A DNA stretch of 33,971 nucleotides, taken from a virus. Lineage: Duplodnaviria > Caudoviricetes. The number at the start of each line of letters is the position of its first letter. Within the stretch, counting starts at the first letter, position 1. The notes beneath the pieces are model-generated. The model was not told the DNA's origin. It did no database searches and worked only from the letters and a program-made list of their open reading frames with translations. The position numbers were made by a program, and so were the translations under genes. This document shows, one piece after another, positions 24,755 to 33,971 of this stretch. The stretch is taken from positions 1-33,971 of IMG/VR virus record IMGVR_UViG_3300012680_000002; one strand, 5' to 3'.

Positions 24755-24929
24755 CTTCTCTCTCCTTGGGGGTCTGGGCGGCTTCGGTCTGCTCTCGGTT
24801 CAATCTGTTCTCGTTTCGTATTTCCTCACGAGCCTTCTTTTTGGCTTGGTAAGAATCGAACTGTTTCTTGCACCAATCCAAGAGGGTAGGCAGAAGGTAC
24901 GACAGAATAATTCCGATGAGCTTTCCCAT
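24723..24929 (-). CDS. i-spanin-like membrane protein
   Basis: Hydrophobic N-terminus plus charged helix; overlaps the lipoprotein gene. Confidence 0.45.
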   Translation of the reverse strand: MGKLIGIILSYLLPTLLDWCKKQFDSYQAKKKAREEIRNENRLNREQTEAAQTPKEREDAASKVISDF

Positions 24930-24938
24930 GCGCGCCCC

Positions 24939-25169
24939 TTAACCTTCGATGCCGTCAATTTTATTGATGGCGCCGAAAGCAACTTCTTTGATCTGAGGAA
25001 GAAAAGCGGCTCCCACTATGTCGTCATATTTGTTTTCAGAAAGAACGAAGGACTCTTCGAGCCACTCAAATACGCTGAGAGCGAGCGCTTCCGCGCCTGC
25101 TTCAGCCACGATGAGCCCCTTACCCTTCATTTTTACGAGTAATGCTGCTGGATCAAATGCCTTTTCCAT
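24939..25169 (-). CDS. Hypothetical protein in the lysis cassette
   Basis: AAGGAG SD before MEKAFDP.. Confidence 0.7.
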   Translation of the reverse strand: MEKAFDPAALLVKMKGKGLIVAEAGAEALALSVFEWLEESFVLSENKYDDIVGAAFLPQIKEVAFGAINKIDGIEG

Positions 25170-25197
25170 GGATTCTCCTTTTGGTTTGGTACTGCGA

Positions 25198-25446
25198 TTA
25201 AAACTTCTTTGAAGAGCGGTCGCGCTGCATCTCCCAAGTTCGCATGTCAATCACGTTGAGCTTGTCTCTCATCTCAAGCAGTATTTGCCGGTTCAAGAGA
25301 GCGTTACTATCCGTGTGCTTAATGGAGTCGGCGTGCTTGTCGTCTACGTAGCGGACGGTGGCGAATGTGGTGAAGGTGAAGACGCAGACGCCAGCAACTA
25401 CTGAGAGGGTGTAGAAGAGAGTGTTGATCTGTTTTAAAAACTTCAT
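25198..25446 (-). CDS. Holin- or antiholin-like single-TM protein
   Basis: One N-terminal TM, charged C-terminus, GGAGG SD, first gene of the lysis cassette. Confidence 0.45.
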   Translation of the reverse strand: MKFLKQINTLFYTLSVVAGVCVFTFTTFATVRYVDDKHADSIKHTDSNALLNRQILLEMRDKLNVIDMRTWEMQRDRSSKKF

Positions 25447-25496
25447 GTCCTAGCCCTCCATGGCAGGATAACAACCCTCTTTCGAGGGATACTGAT

Positions 25497-25796
25497 TTAC
25501 GAATCGAACCTTTCGTCTATGAGGTCCTTCACAATGGTTTTGATCTCCGCAATGGTGTTCACCGCTGGAAAATTCATATTTTGAAGTCTCGTGCGACGAT
25601 CTTCGCGTCTTCGCTCCTTAGCTGGATCAACCAAGACGGGAGGATCTACGATGTCATCAAGTTTCCACGTATATGTGTCCTGCCAATATGGGCGCGAACG
25701 CTCCTCTCGAAGCCATCGCTCCGCTGATTCGCGATCGTTGAAGCACTCCGTCCAATAGAGCGACTCTTCTGATTTTTTGATGGTGAGCTTAATCAT
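25497..25796 (-). CDS. Hypothetical protein (possible tail-fibre chaperone)
   Basis: Follows the tailspike-like gene; GAGGAG SD. Confidence 0.55.
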   Translation of the reverse strand: MIKLTIKKSEESLYWTECFNDRESAERWLREERSRPYWQDTYTWKLDDIVDPPVLVDPAKERRREDRRTRLQNMNFPAVNTIAEIKTIVKDLIDERFDS

Positions 25797-25807
25797 TCAA
25801 TCACTCC

Positions 25808-26815
25808 TCAGTAGAGCTCTCGAACCATGAGGCGCACATAGTTGGCGTTTAACGCCACGCCGGAGTTAGTGAAAACGTGTGCCGTATAAGTCACTGCGCC
25901 GGAAACGCCTGAGTAATCAATCGCAGCAAACGCGCTTGGGGGCAGAGTGTTCGTAGATGACGAACCGCTTGAATTAACCGTCATTCGCGCTATTTCTGTG
26001 CCGCTTCTACGGAACATGACGAGAAACTCACCCGTAGCGGTGGACGTTGTGATGAATCCAACGAAAGATCCATCGTTTGAGTTGTTAGAGATGAGTCGCA
26101 CCTCCACCGGCCTTCCGGTTAGGGTGATGGACACACTTTGATTCGTGATCTGGGCCTCGGCGCCTGAGCCGGTGGAGAATGCCCCGGAACTTGCCGCAAT
26201 GGCAATGCCGCCAACACCCGGTGAGCTTCCGTCTGTTGTGTAGGTTCTAGCCGCAAGCTTTGCGCGAGTGATACCTGAGTCTTTAACCCGCACCACATTG
26301 GAGCTAATTTCGATCGTGGCGCTATCGACGATCGCAGGCGCAAGCTTTGCTCCCGTTACCGCTTCGTTGGCGATCTTGGCGGTTGTAACAGCAGAGTCGC
26401 GGATGTGGTTCGTGGTTACGGCCCTGTCAGAGTCGGTAACCAAGCTGTCTCGAAGCTTTGCCGATGTCACTGCGTCGTCTGCGATCTTGACCGTAGAAAC
26501 GGCAGAATCTTGAATCGAAGCGGTGGCGACGGAGGCATTCGTCAGAAGCCCTATGACATTGTCCACGGTCCACTGAGTGACGTCACTCGAGTTCTTTAAG
26601 ACGAACTTGTAGGAGAGGATCGGGTCTAGCCACACGGCAGCCTCGCCGTTTGCGTCCAGCACAATCGGGTTCGAATTAGCGGTGAGTCCGCCGCTGTCTG
26701 TGTAGGTGGCCTGCGGAGTCGTAGTCCCTGCCTGATAGGTGTAAAGCTTACCGCCCGCGAGCGGGTTGCCATTCGCATCGAAGTATCTCTGACGAATTAC
26801 TGGAGGGAGATTCAT
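25808..26815 (-). CDS. Tailspike/tail fibre
   Basis: Head-binding-type N-terminus DANGNPLAGGKLYTY.AGTTTP..NPIVLDANGE; 10-aa D.AVT.AKIA repeats. Confidence 0.75.
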   Translation of the reverse strand: MNLPPVIRQRYFDANGNPLAGGKLYTYQAGTTTPQATYTDSGGLTANSNPIVLDANGEAAVWLDPILSYKFVLKNSSDVTQWTVDNVIGLLTNASVATASIQDSAVSTVKIADDAVTSAKLRDSLVTDSDRAVTTNHIRDSAVTTAKIANEAVTGAKLAPAIVDSATIEISSNVVRVKDSGITRAKLAARTYTTDGSSPGVGGIAIAASSGAFSTGSGAEAQITNQSVSITLTGRPVEVRLISNNSNDGSFVGFITTSTATGEFLVMFRRSGTEIARMTVNSSGSSSTNTLPPSAFAAIDYSGVSGAVTYTAHVFTNSGVALNANYVRLMVRELY

Positions 26816-28650
26816 CTAACACCAAACCCTTTCTGGATCTGTTCCTTAATCTTTTTCATTCTGGGATTGCCGGCCTCGAGGTCCGAAGCCTCAATCAGCA
26901 GCCGCTTTCCTTCTTTGCTTTGCTTGAGCTGATCTGCCATCGGGCCAGAGATTCCGAGCTTTTCCATGCCGCGAGAGATCCATGCTGCCTCACCTTTAGC
27001 TGGTGCGCGGTTCTGCTCCCGGTCATCTCCGGATGCGACCTTGCTCATTTGACTCCCTTTGCTCGGGGAATTGATCGAGTGAACTACGCTGGCGGCAATA
27101 CCAGATCCGCTTTCAGCGAGAGGCGCTGTTGATCGCGCGACACGAGCCATCGGCTTTGACAGCGCCATTCCGGCTACATCAAGCCCCTGAGAAACCAGCG
27201 GTGTCCCGTATTTTCGTCGCAGCTTATTTACCCCGCCTAACGTGGCTCCGACGGCTGCATTCTTAAGCTTGCTCTCGATGTCATCGCCAGACGCAGCTCC
27301 AACCATTGCGCCAGTCGCAGCAGATCCCCAGTCGGACGGAGAAAAGAATCGGTTCGCTTTTTGACGGAGAGCCTGGTCCTCGGAAATCTTTTTGAGATCC
27401 TTGTCGTTTTGATAGGCACTCTTGGTCGCAACGTAGTTTGCCTGTCCGGTTTTCTCAGCTACTTGTCCTGCCTGTGATTCCTGTGCTTCTTTCAAAGCCG
27501 TATAGAGTCGGCGATAGAATTGTTCCTTAACTGGAATGTCCGCGTCTAGTAGGCGCTTCCAGTTAATCTGCTTCCCAATAGCTTCCTTCATGTCTTGTGA
27601 ATCAAGAATTCCTAGCTTTTCGCCTGAGCTACCGGACCGAAACTCGTCGATGAGTTCTTGCAGAACCTTGTTCTCATCGTTAACGCCAGGAAGGTTTTGT
27701 GGGCGAATTAAGTCAGACTCCAGCTTCTTTGCGATTTCATCGCGCGAAGACCCTACCGACTGTCCGCCCGCCTTCATCGCTATTTCTGCATCGTCTAGCT
27801 GGTTGAGAATATTTCCGAGTTCTTTGCCGTGCTTTCCTTCTAGATTACCGGCGGCTTCGGCGATGTCGTCAACGGACATGCCTGGCTTTACTAGGCCATT
27901 ATCGAGCATGTATCGTCCGATTGCCTGGATGCGGTCATTTCCGTGCGCCTTGCGATAGTCCTTAAGCATCGCTCCAGACGCCTTGAATGCACGCTCTTCA
28001 GCCCATTTACTGAGCTTGCCAGGAAGGCGTCCGAGCGTCTTTCCAACTACCGGCAAGCTTTCGGCTGCGACTTGAATCCCTGCGGCAAGCTTTCCGCCAG
28101 ATTTAGCGCGCTCGATCTTGTCGGAAACTGACTCTCCCTCAGGCCCTTCCATTGCTGACATTGCAGTTCCCTGTGCGCCAGAGAGAGCAGTGCGGCCAGC
28201 GGCCCAACCCAGACCCTTTCCTTCAGCAAGCGCAGTCGCTGCCTTGCTTAGCATCTCAGGGGCTCTCAATGCGCCCGCTGCCGCTCGACCGGATATTCCA
28301 AGACCTTCCGCGATTCTTCCGGCAGCGGCAATCGGAGCGCCCGCAGGCAGAACCATCGGAGCGTTACCGTAAACAGCTTCTGGTTTTTTCCCGGTAGCCT
28401 CTATATCGGCTGCCTGCCGGTCAGACTCCTGTTTGAAGTTTTGTATGAATCCGCTAGGATCTTTGACCGCTGACTTAACCCGATCCCACGCCCTGCCGGT
28501 GGTCACTTCGTCATAGACGGTGGACTCTTTCGGCGCATCGACCTTTTGGAACTGATTCCAGTCAAATCCAGACTTTGTTTCAGAGCCGCCAGGGGCAGCA
28601 GATTCTTCCACCTTTTTGAACTGACTCCAGTCGAACTTAGGTCCCGCCAT
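26812..28650 (-). CDS. DNA ejection protein (gp16 position)
   Basis: Large Ala/Gly-rich helical protein; third of three after the tail genes. Confidence 0.55.
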   Translation of the reverse strand: MAGPKFDWSQFKKVEESAAPGGSETKSGFDWNQFQKVDAPKESTVYDEVTTGRAWDRVKSAVKDPSGFIQNFKQESDRQAADIEATGKKPEAVYGNAPMVLPAGAPIAAAGRIAEGLGISGRAAAGALRAPEMLSKAATALAEGKGLGWAAGRTALSGAQGTAMSAMEGPEGESVSDKIERAKSGGKLAAGIQVAAESLPVVGKTLGRLPGKLSKWAEERAFKASGAMLKDYRKAHGNDRIQAIGRYMLDNGLVKPGMSVDDIAEAAGNLEGKHGKELGNILNQLDDAEIAMKAGGQSVGSSRDEIAKKLESDLIRPQNLPGVNDENKVLQELIDEFRSGSSGEKLGILDSQDMKEAIGKQINWKRLLDADIPVKEQFYRRLYTALKEAQESQAGQVAEKTGQANYVATKSAYQNDKDLKKISEDQALRQKANRFFSPSDWGSAATGAMVGAASGDDIESKLKNAAVGATLGGVNKLRRKYGTPLVSQGLDVAGMALSKPMARVARSTAPLAESGSGIAASVVHSINSPSKGSQMSKVASGDDREQNRAPAKGEAAWISRGMEKLGISGPMADQLKQSKEGKRLLIEASDLEAGNPRMKKIKEQIQKGFGVR

Positions 28651-28651
28651 T

Positions 28652-29749
28652 TTAGTTTTTCACCTTTGATCCGCCGTTAGCTATGACTGCTCCGACCATG
28701 TTCTTAGGAACCCAAATCTGATTCCCCTCTCGGTCCGTCATCTTGATGGAGTCAGGCGTTGGAGGAACAGCAGAAGACGGCACCTTGGGAGCGCCCTCAT
28801 CAGCCTGGGCGGTCTCAATGATTCCGCCGTCCTGCTTCTGGGGTGTTCTCTTGTGAGCCGCAATGGTGGGGACGAGGTCGTATGCGGAACCGGATTCAGC
28901 CTTGAGTCCGGCCATAGCTTGCGCTCGCGCTGCGGCTTTCTGAGCGATTGTGTCTTTATCATCGCCTGGCACCGGGAAGTACTTCTGACGTTCGTTCTCA
29001 TACTCGCTATTGCTAATTGCTGCGCCAGACTCACGGCGAAGAACGGCGGAAATGAAGTTTCTAGAAGCTTGGTCGTACCCCTTATATTCACCAGACTGTT
29101 TAATACCGGGATAGAACCAGCGGCTCTGAACGTCCGCCCCAGCGGTAGTTGGGTTGTATCCACCATCGATGAGCTGACGCGCGGCATCTTCAGCCTGTTC
29201 GGCGCGTTTAACGAATCCGGCCACCTTGAGCTGGTCGGGGGTAGCTTTTGGCTTTCCAGCATCAGCGCGCTTTTCTGCTGCTTGCGCACTGTAATAATCC
29301 GCCTGCGACCTCTCCAGCGCGCGTTTCGACAAAGCATCCGGCACAGCTGCGTCAGCTTGCGCATTAGTCAGCCTTGTCTTTGCGAGATTCTGTTGCCGGT
29401 CCTGGTACTCGGGCGTTTTCTGAATCATTCCCCAATTTCTTTGGAACAATCCTTCGTCTAGCTCGGGCATCGCGTGCTCTGGCTTTATTGCGCCCGCTTG
29501 AATGAGCTGCTGCTGAACGCCAGGAAACTTAGCCTTACGCTGTTCTGGGGTCATCCCCGCCATGGACTCCATCGCTTCGCTGACCGAAGACATGCGCTTC
29601 TTGAGCTCTTGATCCGCCATCTGCGTTTCCATGTTCTTATTTTGCATGGCGAGCTGTTTCAGGCTCATTCCCTTCTGCATGGTGTCCGCAAAGCTCGGAG
29701 ATGATTCGACGGGTCTTAGGATTGATTCGTAAATGCTTAGGTTTGCCAT
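28652..29749 (-). CDS. DNA ejection protein (gp20 position)
   Basis: Gln/Ala-rich; AVLRRESGAAI..SE.....Y.P.PGD motif; GGAGAGG SD before ATG 29749. Confidence 0.6.
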   Translation of the reverse strand: MANLSIYESILRPVESSPSFADTMQKGMSLKQLAMQNKNMETQMADQELKKRMSSVSEAMESMAGMTPEQRKAKFPGVQQQLIQAGAIKPEHAMPELDEGLFQRNWGMIQKTPEYQDRQQNLAKTRLTNAQADAAVPDALSKRALERSQADYYSAQAAEKRADAGKPKATPDQLKVAGFVKRAEQAEDAARQLIDGGYNPTTAGADVQSRWFYPGIKQSGEYKGYDQASRNFISAVLRRESGAAISNSEYENERQKYFPVPGDDKDTIAQKAAARAQAMAGLKAESGSAYDLVPTIAAHKRTPQKQDGGIIETAQADEGAPKVPSSAVPPTPDSIKMTDREGNQIWVPKNMVGAVIANGGSKVKN

Positions 29750-29751
29750 AA

Positions 29752-30504
29752 TTATCCTCTCCCCATAGAAGACAACGTTCGACTCATCCATTTTCCAGAA
29801 CCGCCGCCGGTAATACCGCCGCCGACACCGTCAGCCTTGGAGAAGTCCATTCCGCCACCACCAGCACCGCTCATGGGCGGCATACCCATGGAAGCCGATG
29901 CGATATCTGAGGCCATCTTTCCGAAGCCGCTTGTGATTTGTCCCCAGCCTTTAGCTTCGCCGATTCGACCCTGCGCTTGAGCATCTCCAGCACCTACGAC
30001 ATTTGCACCGTACTGGTTGGCGTAGTTCCTAGATCCTGCTGTCATATCCATGGTTGCGTTTTGACCCATCCCAGCCAGATTGGAGAGGCGACCGAACCGA
30101 CGATCGCGGTCCCCGTTGAAGCGGTTGTAAGCGTTTTGATATTCACTTGAGGCGACGCCTTGCCCGTATTGGGTAAGTGCCTTCAGCGTCCCGCCGCTTT
30201 GCAACCCGCCCCTTGATGCGGCCGAGCGTTCAATGGCCTTCTGGCCTTCAGCCATGCGGAACGCGTAACCTGGGTCCGCTTGAAAGTCGTTGGCAGTGAA
30301 GTCGCGCTTGAAGTCGGCGCTTCCCATGTCAGACAAAGCGTTAACACCAGCCTCGCGCCAAGGCTGATGATCAGCGCGCTGCTGGTTATACATCTGTTCC
30401 TGCATAGCATTGGCGTCTCGATGTGAGTTCGCCTGTATTTCAGCAGCATCTTTTGCTGCACTCTTATTTAGAAATCCACCGACGATGTCGTCTATTCCAA
30501 ACAT
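29752..30504 (-). CDS. DNA ejection protein, P22 gp7-like
   Basis: DPGY.FR..EG..A..SAA.RGGL.SG..LKAL..YGQ..AS.EY. Confidence 0.7.
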   Translation of the reverse strand: MFGIDDIVGGFLNKSAAKDAAEIQANSHRDANAMQEQMYNQQRADHQPWREAGVNALSDMGSADFKRDFTANDFQADPGYAFRMAEGQKAIERSAASRGGLQSGGTLKALTQYGQGVASSEYQNAYNRFNGDRDRRFGRLSNLAGMGQNATMDMTAGSRNYANQYGANVVGAGDAQAQGRIGEAKGWGQITSGFGKMASDIASASMGMPPMSGAGGGGMDFSKADGVGGGITGGGSGKWMSRTLSSMGRG

Positions 30505-30532
30505 AGTGACTTAACCTCAAAAATTGTTTCGC

Positions 30533-32230
30533 TCATTGATAGAACTCCTCAACGATGACCATGCCGGACCCGCCAGCTCCGCCTGCGAATCCGTTAGTTC
30601 CTGCGGCGCCAGCGGTTCCTGCGGCGCCTACCGAATACGCATAAGAAGAGCCTGGAGAGGTGATGATTGCATCCAAGTAACCGCCAGCTCCGCCACCGCT
30701 TCCGTTATAAATGTTATTATTCGCAGAGGTCCCGCCCCCACCGCCGCCGGAACCTGAGTTTGTTGCGCCCGCGATTCCCGCTGCGCCGAACATACCTCCG
30801 CCTCCTCCGCCACCGATTGGAGAGCAGGCTCCGGGACTTCCATTAGCCTGCAAGGTCGATCCTGCTCCGAAGAATACTGAGGCGCCCGTACCCCTACCGC
30901 CAGTAGCTGCAACGCCAGTAGGTCCAGTTCCGAGAGATGCGGTTCCACCAGCGCCGCCTGAATTTGCAGCAGCTCCTCCTGATCCTCCGTTTGCAACAAG
31001 GAGATCCGGGCTTGCTCCCACTCTGAAGTACGAGGTTCCTCCAGCGCCACCATTACCTAAAGACGCTGTACCAGAACTAGCGCCACCACCGCCTCCGCCG
31101 ACCATGCGGACGCGAATAACCTTAATACCAGGAGGCTTAGTGTACGTTCCAGACCCACTTGTGAACTTTTGTATTGTTGGGCTTTGACGAGAATCAAGAA
31201 TTGCCCAATTGGTCCCGTCAGACTGAATAGTGAGCGAGTCTTTGTGAGCATTCAGGATGAATGTGGTTTCTTCATCAATGGTTTCCGCAGCGTTTCCATC
31301 AATTGTGTACGCGCGACCACTGGTAGAGTCCCTATGCTTAAATTTGAAGACCTTTCCAGTGTTCGACGCGGCAGCAGGAAGCGTTACAGTAAAGGACACG
31401 CCAGACAGCAAGTAAGTATCAACCGTACCGCTGGCAGTGAATGCCGCCGTTTGAGCTGAAACGGTCTGGTTTGGTACGGTGACTGTTCCGCTCTCCCAGC
31501 TGGTTCCGTTACTCTTCAAAACATTGTTGGACGTACCAGGAGCGACAGACCCCATCACTCCAGATGCATCGTTGGTAACTACCCCGTAAGCGGTCCCAGC
31601 GGCTAGCTTAGTCCTGGCAATCGCTGCGGTAGCTTTGATGTCTGCATTCTCGATGTTGGTAATTGTGTTGAGGTCAGCGTCAATGTTTTTGTTGGTAAGT
31701 GTAGAGGTGCCTGAGGGCGTCAGACGTGTGTCGATGTCTGTCTGCAACTCGTTGAGCGCCGCCTGTACGTCGCTGGCAGCGAGATTACCGCTCGGTGTGT
31801 TGGTGATGGCGCTCGCCGCATGAGCGTCAGCACTATCTGCTAGGTGTGCATCAATGTTGGCTTGAAGGGTAGTATCGGCTGTAGCCCGCGTAGAAGTCTC
31901 AGCCGTGACCGAGGCAATGGTGGCTCGTGTATCCACGTCGCTCTGAAGTTCGTTCAGAGCAGTCTGGACGTTTGTTGCGGCCAAGCTTCCAGAAGGAGAG
32001 TTCGAGATGGCCGAGGCTGCGTGAGCCCCCGCTGTATCCGAGATGTGCGCATCTAAGCCCGCTTGAACGCCTGCGGCTGACGCAGCTGTCAGCTCGGCGT
32101 TGGTAGAAGCGACGTGGCCGCCCATTCGATTAAAAGCCTTTTGAAACCAATCAGCCCAGACTCTTGTGAGCAATCCAGACTTATCAATGATTGATGCGCT
32201 ATGTGGGACTGGAGGGAGTTTTTCAGACAT
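30533..32230 (-). CDS. Tail needle/fibre (gp26 position) with Gly-rich tip
   Basis: Short N-terminal GLLTRVW..WF anchor, duplicated AHAASAI..VQ.ALNEL blocks, FTSGSGTYT.P..GGGGGG domain. Confidence 0.7.
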   Translation of the reverse strand: MSEKLPPVPHSASIIDKSGLLTRVWADWFQKAFNRMGGHVASTNAELTAASAAGVQAGLDAHISDTAGAHAASAISNSPSGSLAATNVQTALNELQSDVDTRATIASVTAETSTRATADTTLQANIDAHLADSADAHAASAITNTPSGNLAASDVQAALNELQTDIDTRLTPSGTSTLTNKNIDADLNTITNIENADIKATAAIARTKLAAGTAYGVVTNDASGVMGSVAPGTSNNVLKSNGTSWESGTVTVPNQTVSAQTAAFTASGTVDTYLLSGVSFTVTLPAAASNTGKVFKFKHRDSTSGRAYTIDGNAAETIDEETTFILNAHKDSLTIQSDGTNWAILDSRQSPTIQKFTSGSGTYTKPPGIKVIRVRMVGGGGGGASSGTASLGNGGAGGTSYFRVGASPDLLVANGGSGGAAANSGGAGGTASLGTGPTGVAATGGRGTGASVFFGAGSTLQANGSPGACSPIGGGGGGGMFGAAGIAGATNSGSGGGGGGTSANNNIYNGSGGGAGGYLDAIITSPGSSYAYSVGAAGTAGAAGTNGFAGGAGGSGMVIVEEFYQ

Positions 32231-33666
32231 TATGCAACCCCTCCTTCGACTTCGATTTCTGCGCCGATCAAGACCACTTTCACAGGATCAGTAATGCGGA
32301 TCTCATACACACGGTCTCTGGAAGATCCGAGACGACGATACATCACGCGCGCTTTATGGTTACCCAGCGCCCCGATATCGGCGGTACGCTCCGACGACCA
32401 TGCGTGTCCGCCGTCATCACTCCACCGAATTACTGCTGTAGGAGCTACTCCCTGACCAACTCCATCGATTCCGACGCCTGTTTCCATATCGAGTTGAAAC
32501 TTCGAGTGGAAAATTCGGTTCATTCCTTGGGAAAAGTGCGGAGCTGCTCGGACTCGCGAAATCGGTGTTCCATTGTCTGTGTAGACTGATGGATCTAACG
32601 CATAGATTTTACCGTCTTCGTAGTCTCCCACAACATTCAGTCCGTAAGCGACAGCGTGACAGTCGGCGCGATGACGCTCGAGTGACCATAGGTCAGTATA
32701 AGCTCTCTCATGCCACATCGAGGTGGATGCATCGAACACCCAGGTTGAATTTTGAGTCGGGATATTGAGACAGTAGAAGGAGTGTCCGCCCTGCTGATAT
32801 GTCCAGGCTCTAGCTAATGCAAGGTTAGCGGTACTCACGCCTCGAATGACACCCTCAATGGCTGGCGTAGAGATTCTCTGAGCCTGATACCCATTCATTC
32901 TATAAACGATGCCGCTTCCGGTCTCGTCGCCGCCGATCCAATAGGGGGCGCCTTGAACTCTGGCGATTGAGTGGACTGCAGAGCATCCGACGCCATTCAC
33001 TGCACCTTGAATCCTGGCGAATGGAAAAGCAGCGTCTCCGCTATTGTAGAAAACTTCTGTGGATTGCGTTCCAAAGAGATAGAGACTTTGATTTGCGCTC
33101 ATGCACCCCACGAGATAATCAGGGCTACCTTCCGCAGTCGCGATGTCGAGCGCGTCGAAGGTAATGGCGTTTAGATCTGAAATGAAAAATTGCTGAGAGT
33201 TTTTCTTGGTGAATATGAAATAGCCGTCTTGGAACGTGACTGTATCAGACGCATAGAAGTCAGGATCGGTGATCTGCGCAAACGCGGAGCTGCTAATCGT
33301 CCATGTGTACCCGTAGGTGCCGTCTACGATGGCAACGTGAGTACCGTTGTCGGCCATGGAAACCGCACCTTCCGAAGTGCTTAAGGAACCCAGCTCTGTC
33401 GCTATCCAACTGGAAGAGACGCTATAAAGCTTATTCCCGCCTACCGCAAAGAGCGTCCCATTAGATGCTCGCCATAGCCCTCGCACTGGAGAATTTGCCA
33501 GAGTTAAGAGGAGCCTAAGTCCGGGCGTAGACACGAGTGCTGCGACTTCGCGCTCCTTACCTGTCCCAAGCTCGTTCATCTCTGGAAAAAGATTCACGCA
33601 ACGCTGGCAATCGACGTTGACTGACTGGGATGTGTAGCTTGGGCCGATGAAGCCAGGGAAGCGCAC
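32230..33666 (-). CDS. P22 gp10-like tail hub/DNA stabilisation protein
   Basis: VNLFPE..TPGL, V.MADNG, F.DGYF, AEGSPD, WHER, WSDDGG..WS. Confidence 0.85.
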   Translation of the reverse strand: MRFPGFIGPSYTSQSVNVDCQRCVNLFPEMNELGTGKEREVAALVSTPGLRLLLTLANSPVRGLWRASNGTLFAVGGNKLYSVSSSWIATELGSLSTSEGAVSMADNGTHVAIVDGTYGYTWTISSSAFAQITDPDFYASDTVTFQDGYFIFTKKNSQQFFISDLNAITFDALDIATAEGSPDYLVGCMSANQSLYLFGTQSTEVFYNSGDAAFPFARIQGAVNGVGCSAVHSIARVQGAPYWIGGDETGSGIVYRMNGYQAQRISTPAIEGVIRGVSTANLALARAWTYQQGGHSFYCLNIPTQNSTWVFDASTSMWHERAYTDLWSLERHRADCHAVAYGLNVVGDYEDGKIYALDPSVYTDNGTPISRVRAAPHFSQGMNRIFHSKFQLDMETGVGIDGVGQGVAPTAVIRWSDDGGHAWSSERTADIGALGNHKARVMYRRLGSSRDRVYEIRITDPVKVVLIGAEIEVEGGVA

Positions 33667-33971
33667 TCAGTAGCCCCCTGTGTTGATGTTAAAAGCGCCG
33701 CCTCCTTGCGGGAGAAGTGGATCGTCAACGCGCAAGTAGTTGGGCCGATAGTTCATGCGCTTCAAGCCCGCTTTGCTCTCGTTAGCAACCATGACCACGG
33801 CGTCGGGTAGTGCCTTGCCGTATTCGGGAGCCAGATCCACGGCAAGATTGTAGATCAGAGCGCGGTCATAGCCTGGGGGCAGGGAAACGCTGGTGTCGAG
33901 CGTCGTAATCTCAGAGAGGGGCTTTACCGAATAGAGCACCAACTTGTGGGCAACGGAGGGCTTGGGGTAAA
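33667..33971 (-). CDS. 3' part of the gp4-like adaptor (joins 532..1)
   Basis: PPGY.RAL.YNLAV.LAPEYG motif; frame continuous over the junction. Confidence 0.8.
   Translation of the reverse strand, partial: YPKPSVAHKLVLYSVKPLSEITTLDTSVSLPPGYDRALIYNLAVDLAPEYGKALPDAVVMVANESKAGLKRMNYRPNYLRVDDPLLPQGGGAFNINTGGY
33849..33971. repeat. Terminal direct repeat, copy 2
   Basis: Identical to 1-123. Confidence 0.95.

Noticed and set aside
30711-31187. Proline-rich plus-strand ORF
   Set aside because: Mirror of Gly codons in the tail fibre tip
31720-32060. DGR template/variable repeat pair in the tail needle
   Set aside because: In-frame protein repeats with synonymous divergence, not A-specific; no reverse transcriptase in the genome
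33667-33942. Independent 91-aa gene
   Set aside because: It is the 3' end of the gp4-like gene starting at 532
33849-33971. Biological direct terminal repeat
   Set aside because: It falls inside a structural gene; an assembly overlap of a circular or permuted genome is simpler

Overview
The window is an apparently complete, circularly assembled temperate phage genome of about 33,848 bp. Bases 1-123 are repeated at 33849-33971, and one gene reads in frame across the junction. The minus strand carries a P22-like podovirus late region: terS, terL, portal, scaffold, coat, gp4- and gp10-like proteins, tail needle/fibre, three ejection proteins, tailspike, and a lysis cassette ending in a CHAP endolysin. 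The plus strand carries a cI/cro switch followed by one long early region: SSAP, SSB, an IbrA/IbrB (PAPS-reductase-like + ParB-like) cluster, xis, tyrosine integrase, an intact attP matching the 3' half of tRNA-Arg(UCU), an iteron-bearing initiator, an SF4 helicase, many small genes, a thermonuclease and a RelE-type toxin-antitoxin pair. The most unusual signals are: (1) several ORF-free, highly structured, partly tRNA-like RNAs clustered at 21.1-23.9 kb; (2) a shared promoter architecture upstream of portal and terS, with TATA palindromes at exact 11-bp spacing; (3) a -10-like hexamer exactly 6 nt before the start codon at six operon-leading genes, suggesting leaderless mRNAs; (4) an IbrA with a duplicated C-terminal motif overprinted on the upstream gene; (5) attP located so that integration separates the replication genes from the early promoter; (6) a repeated RBS/start boundary motif between small accessory cassettes. 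All family calls come from motifs recognised by eye, not database searches. The host is probably Gram-negative, possibly Bdellovibrionota or deltaproteobacteria-like (weak inference).
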